Positions 61,401 through 64,000 of a stretch of DNA of 64,000 nt are shown here, one piece after another (position 1 is the stretch's first letter; every line of letters begins with the position of its first letter). This DNA is from a virus (taxonomy: Duplodnaviria; Caudoviricetes), in IMG/VR virus record IMGVR_UViG_3300032280_000442, positions 128,001-192,000 of that record; one strand, given 5' to 3'. The notes under the pieces were generated by a model. It did no database searches. It was not told the origin of the DNA and saw only the letters and a program-made list of their open reading frames with translations. Made by a program: the position numbers and the translations under genes.

Positions 61401-63381
61401 TCGTATCGTTAAATTTAATATCATACGGTGGGAACCACATAACTCTACCCCCGTTTGGTCCTTTTTCACAAACAGGTAATTCATCATATGTAAACCCTTG
61501 TTTACTTGATGTTCTCCAAGCCAAATTCTCAATTGAGAACATATATTTTTTAGCATACCCACCAATTCCATTTGGACCATCAGCAATAATGTTTGTTGAC
61601 CCCGGATTTCTTGTTGGTGAAATGTTTAAATTGAATGTATTATCAAATACCGAACCCGCGTATTGTCGTCCACTTGTTGTTATACCATCAACTTTTTGTA
61701 AATCATTGTAAGTATAATATGGGGTATCTTTAGTGAAAACCCTACAATATTCAATACCCGCTTCACCACCTGTTGTTTGGTCAGTGTACGACACAACTTG
61801 AGAACCTTTAGTAATTTCTTTATAACCGTCGTGGAATACCTTACTAACTTGATTAATAGCATTACCTACGTGTTTTAATCTTGTAATACCTTGTACATTA
61901 TCCGCAGAATCAACCAATCTTTGTGTTTGGTCTAAAATAGATGTTTTCTTAAATGTAAAATTAGTTGACTCATCACGAGTATAGTTACTACTAATTAAAT
62001 TATATTCAGGGTCAGCAGAACCTGAACCCCCACCGGGAGTGGCTTTAAAACCTGCGTTTGCTTTATATTTTGGAGATGTCCAAACAAATTGACCATCAAT
62101 ACCTCCACCATCACTTAATGATTTAGCCGCTAACCCAAAATTAAGAGTATCTTGGTTACCTTCATATAAAATACCTAATTCGGATGGTCCATACACTGGA
62201 ACATCATCTTGTTGTCCAAAAGCGTTAACAGGAACTTGATTTGGAGGTGAAGTTATTGTTGATGGTTCAGAATTTCTACTACCAACATAATAACCCCCAA
62301 CTAATGTTCCATTATCGGGATTTATTAAACTAACTATCGCTTGTCCAATACCTAATAACCCACCAAAATTTTTGTCATAACTTGGCTGATAACGGTTATA
62401 ATTAAGATTTCTAAATAAAACAGACCTTTGACCATTTCCGGTATTTGCTAAAAATATTTCAGATGGGTTTCTTTTAATATTTAATATTGGACCTAAAAAT
62501 CCACCGGTTAATTGGTTAACAACATTTAAAGCGGTAGATGTTTGTTGTGTTTGACCATTTCTTGTATTATCCGTAAAATAATCTCCCGGAATTAATGAAA
62601 CCGGCCAATACGCACCACCTAATCTTGTAATTAAATCTGCCGCCGCAGTAATAGGGTCTTCCGGTGATGTAATCTTCCAATTTCTATAAACTAAAGGTTC
62701 TTGTCCTGATATAATTAGACTAGCCTCAAAAGGGTCGGATAATGATTCTAAATTTACTTGACCAACAGTGTTAATAAAAATTTGTCTATTAATTCTATCT
62801 TGAAATAATTCATTAAGATATGTCGCACCTAATCTCGCTAAATAAGAATCTTGAGATAATGAACCATTATCACCCGTTGGATTTGTAGATAATAAAATCT
62901 CATACGGAGAATATGATGATGCAACAAAATTTGTTGGTAAATAAGGTTGATGTATTGGTTGACCTAATATTTGAGTCGTAACCCCATACATATCATTAAA
63001 ACCACCAACAGGTCCGTAGTAATTATCAATATACGCAGCGTCAATGAAAAATTCATTAACTAAATCTAAAGCAGTATCGGTCGGTGCGTATTCACCCTGA
63101 TTTGAGTTTACCGGAAGTAGAGGTCCATTAAAATTAATATTTAAATCATATCCACCGTTAGGACCGTATTCATTTAACGGATATAATAATTGAGCAAAAG
63201 GGTCGTTAGCAATTAAATCATTTGGAGAATCAACAACACTAAAGTTATTCAAAGATACTTCTGTGTTTATATTAGATGCTGGCGGTGTATAAACACCACT
63301 AACAGTATATGGAACTAAATTTTTAGCCAATAAAATATCTCTAAATGAAGATGATGATGCAAATGATAATGTACTTGGCAT
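58441..63381 (-). CDS. large tail-tube-initiator-like protein with inserted OmpA-like domain
   Basis: FLGRPEPIYTY..TQRTGTLSW and PPVLVLRIGD motifs flanking FYFDND...YNVTLSKRRANSV...RRVVI. Confidence 0.7.
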   Translation of the reverse strand: MPSTLSFASSSSFRDILLAKNLVPYTVSGVYTPPASNINTEVSLNNFSVVDSPNDLIANDPFAQLLYPLNEYGPNGGYDLNINFNGPLLPVNSNQGEYAPTDTALDLVNEFFIDAAYIDNYYGPVGGFNDMYGVTTQILGQPIHQPYLPTNFVASSYSPYEILLSTNPTGDNGSLSQDSYLARLGATYLNELFQDRINRQIFINTVGQVNLESLSDPFEASLIISGQEPLVYRNWKITSPEDPITAAADLITRLGGAYWPVSLIPGDYFTDNTRNGQTQQTSTALNVVNQLTGGFLGPILNIKRNPSEIFLANTGNGQRSVLFRNLNYNRYQPSYDKNFGGLLGIGQAIVSLINPDNGTLVGGYYVGSRNSEPSTITSPPNQVPVNAFGQQDDVPVYGPSELGILYEGNQDTLNFGLAAKSLSDGGGIDGQFVWTSPKYKANAGFKATPGGGSGSADPEYNLISSNYTRDESTNFTFKKTSILDQTQRLVDSADNVQGITRLKHVGNAINQVSKVFHDGYKEITKGSQVVSYTDQTTGGEAGIEYCRVFTKDTPYYTYNDLQKVDGITTSGRQYAGSVFDNTFNLNISPTRNPGSTNIIADGPNGIGGYAKKYMFSIENLAWRTSSKQGFTYDELPVCEKGPNGGRVMWFPPYDIKFNDTSTANWTPTTFLGRPEPIYTYKDTQRTGTLSWKIIVDHPSVMNVLVEKQLKGQNKERINSIIDSFFAGCVKYDIYELAKKFNTVPTKDLYTYQQILNNPNLDKETAKTVIESAVGAASVGTETTAGNSTPQTNPEPSCDLDSKYNNFGFYFDNDIPGPSNRTNPIPNSTYKADYDNYTYSMNQDQYVAISSKTFASGSTNLNVKQFFENVVIDNFNYINTGFVEDAFKILSEKTGIIKVSLRAAASAPANKTYNVTLSKRRANSVIEYFKTTKLGKFITEDKTLTFPNIDTLGEDDTATPKSSKNGFGGAINCTEDIKDKNGKVTKDSQWYSVSAMACRRVVITDITVTAIPQDKPVVPVEKPIIDQKTTTTSTEQKPKPVPTFRTEKTIKEGISKLILRRLLSECDYFDVVKKEVPMLYDSIQEKIKYFNPAFHSITPEGLNSRLTFLNQCVRPGETIPVIGDKGQIVANDALNTSFGAPPVLVLRIGDFYHCKIIPRAVSFSYEPLVFDMNPEGIGIQPMIANVTMNFDMIGGMGLEKPVEQLQNALSFNYYANTEIYDERATATDDSWKKLDKQYFQSLIDEQPQQTTVDNQQTNPAGETIGQIQTTVNGTSGQTGDITYTKIMDSLLDVTKDYYTNIINQAESMSKSYNDGIWQLISKERQYPDGLFNFNTTNLPVPATVKIFGKSVFESRIDDLFTETINDVDNDTNFIILGLIADNFNDSTLRSVKTNLKKYLTDYQADFSLGVNSIISNVVQQQVDMVQVFRKINFVTTLSDGIFVDAKSKIYNISATTETDSSSFPIPANTYEELWRDYEKVSTDFQTFNQFLIDEGVIYNDYDSPGDFNPFTTEISDITDKRFFMIMAQVFNNSDKFNTFKSTIVTNELDKSTPNLSKKFNKIVNNFRDKVKDELDAEEKYYKTLKKSEKYRNYLVVENLYKKGKIRKFNYTTEPSSMNDQQIKNLTLLYNGNNGGDKTTWTDKTQFN

Positions 63382-63445
63382 ATTTTTTTTCTTTTATAAT
63401 AAATAGATTAATAACCTATTTTTAATGTGGTTTTACTATTATTCA

Positions 63446-64000
63446 TTATTTTTTAGGCATTGGTCCAAAATTAGCATCAGCAAACGCAGTTTTAACTTGA
63501 CTCACAATTTGTTGTTGAACTTCAGGTTCTTTTAAAACTCTCTGAAGTGACGCGGCGTCCACCCCATTAGGTGTTGTAACATTAACATTTAAATTTACAT
63601 CAACAGTTGATTTATTATTTACAGATTGACTTCCAACAGTATTATTTGTTGAATTAGTTCCTGTTGGAATGTTTGAATTTTCAGGTGGCAAGGTCCCTGT
63701 TGCTCGTTGAACGGATTTAGCAATATCTTTAAAAATTGGAAACGCCTCAGAAATTTCATTTGCTTGTTTTTCCACATTTGAAAATGCGGTAGTCATTTCA
63801 TTTTTAACAAAACTACCAAAATTAGTTAAAATACCACCTAAATCAGCAGTGACTTGACCTGTTTCTGCATATTGATGAATAGCATTACCTAATGTATCTA
63901 GTGTCTTATCAACACCTTTAGCAATGTTTTTTGCCGATAAATTTTCACCAGGAATTTCCTTTACAGCCTCCGCGATTGCTTTACCACCTTTTAAACCTTG
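63446..64000 (-). CDS. C-terminal part of a probable tape measure protein (partial)
   Basis: Frame open from 64000 to the stop at 63446; helical Ala/Gly-rich sequence ending VDVNLNVNV; located upstream of tube-initiator, LysM and hub genes. Confidence 0.55.
   Translation of the reverse strand, partial: QGLKGGKAIAEAVKEIPGENLSAKNIAKGVDKTLDTLGNAIHQYAETGQVTADLGGILTNFGSFVKNEMTTAFSNVEKQANEISEAFPIFKDIAKSVQRATGTLPPENSNIPTGTNSTNNTVGSQSVNNKSTVDVNLNVNVTTPNGVDAASLQRVLKEPEVQQQIVSQVKTAFADANFGPMPKK

Noticed and set aside
1-64000. tRNA/rRNA genes, or a cellular chromosome origin
   Set aside because: Intergenic gaps are short with no cloverleaf seen, and gene content is a phage replication plus contractile-tail set.

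Overview
AT-rich, densely coding 64-kb segment of a large contractile-tailed (myovirus-type) phage genome in the standard genetic code. The host is probably Bacteroidota: there are TTTG-N19-TAnnTTTG promoters, a short Bacteroidota-type RpoD, SprB repeats, a FISUMP domain and no obvious Shine-Dalgarno sites. Minus-strand blocks encode a sigma70, SbcC/SbcD, a PD-(D/E)xK nuclease and a primase (0.5-9.3 kb); tail and baseplate proteins including gp6-, gp25- and P2 gpI-like proteins (21.9-41 kb); NrdAB, helicase, 5'-3' exonuclease, an RHH+HNH cassette, RecA and a gp32-type SSB (41-50 kb); and hub, LysM, tube-initiator and probable tape-measure genes (51-64 kb). The most unusual part is 9.4-25.4 kb, a cluster of Cys-rich modular putative virion-appendage proteins. 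They share N-terminal modules, have mucin-like Thr-Pro stalks, and end in different tip domains: a circularly permuted FISUMP domain, a YbhB/YbcL (PEBP) domain, and a terminal Hint domain followed by a single Lys, which could generate a reactive C-terminal Gly thioester. The structural proteins are also strongly enriched in an [ST]-[GA]-x-[ST] motif. All family assignments come from reading motifs by eye; no searches were run.
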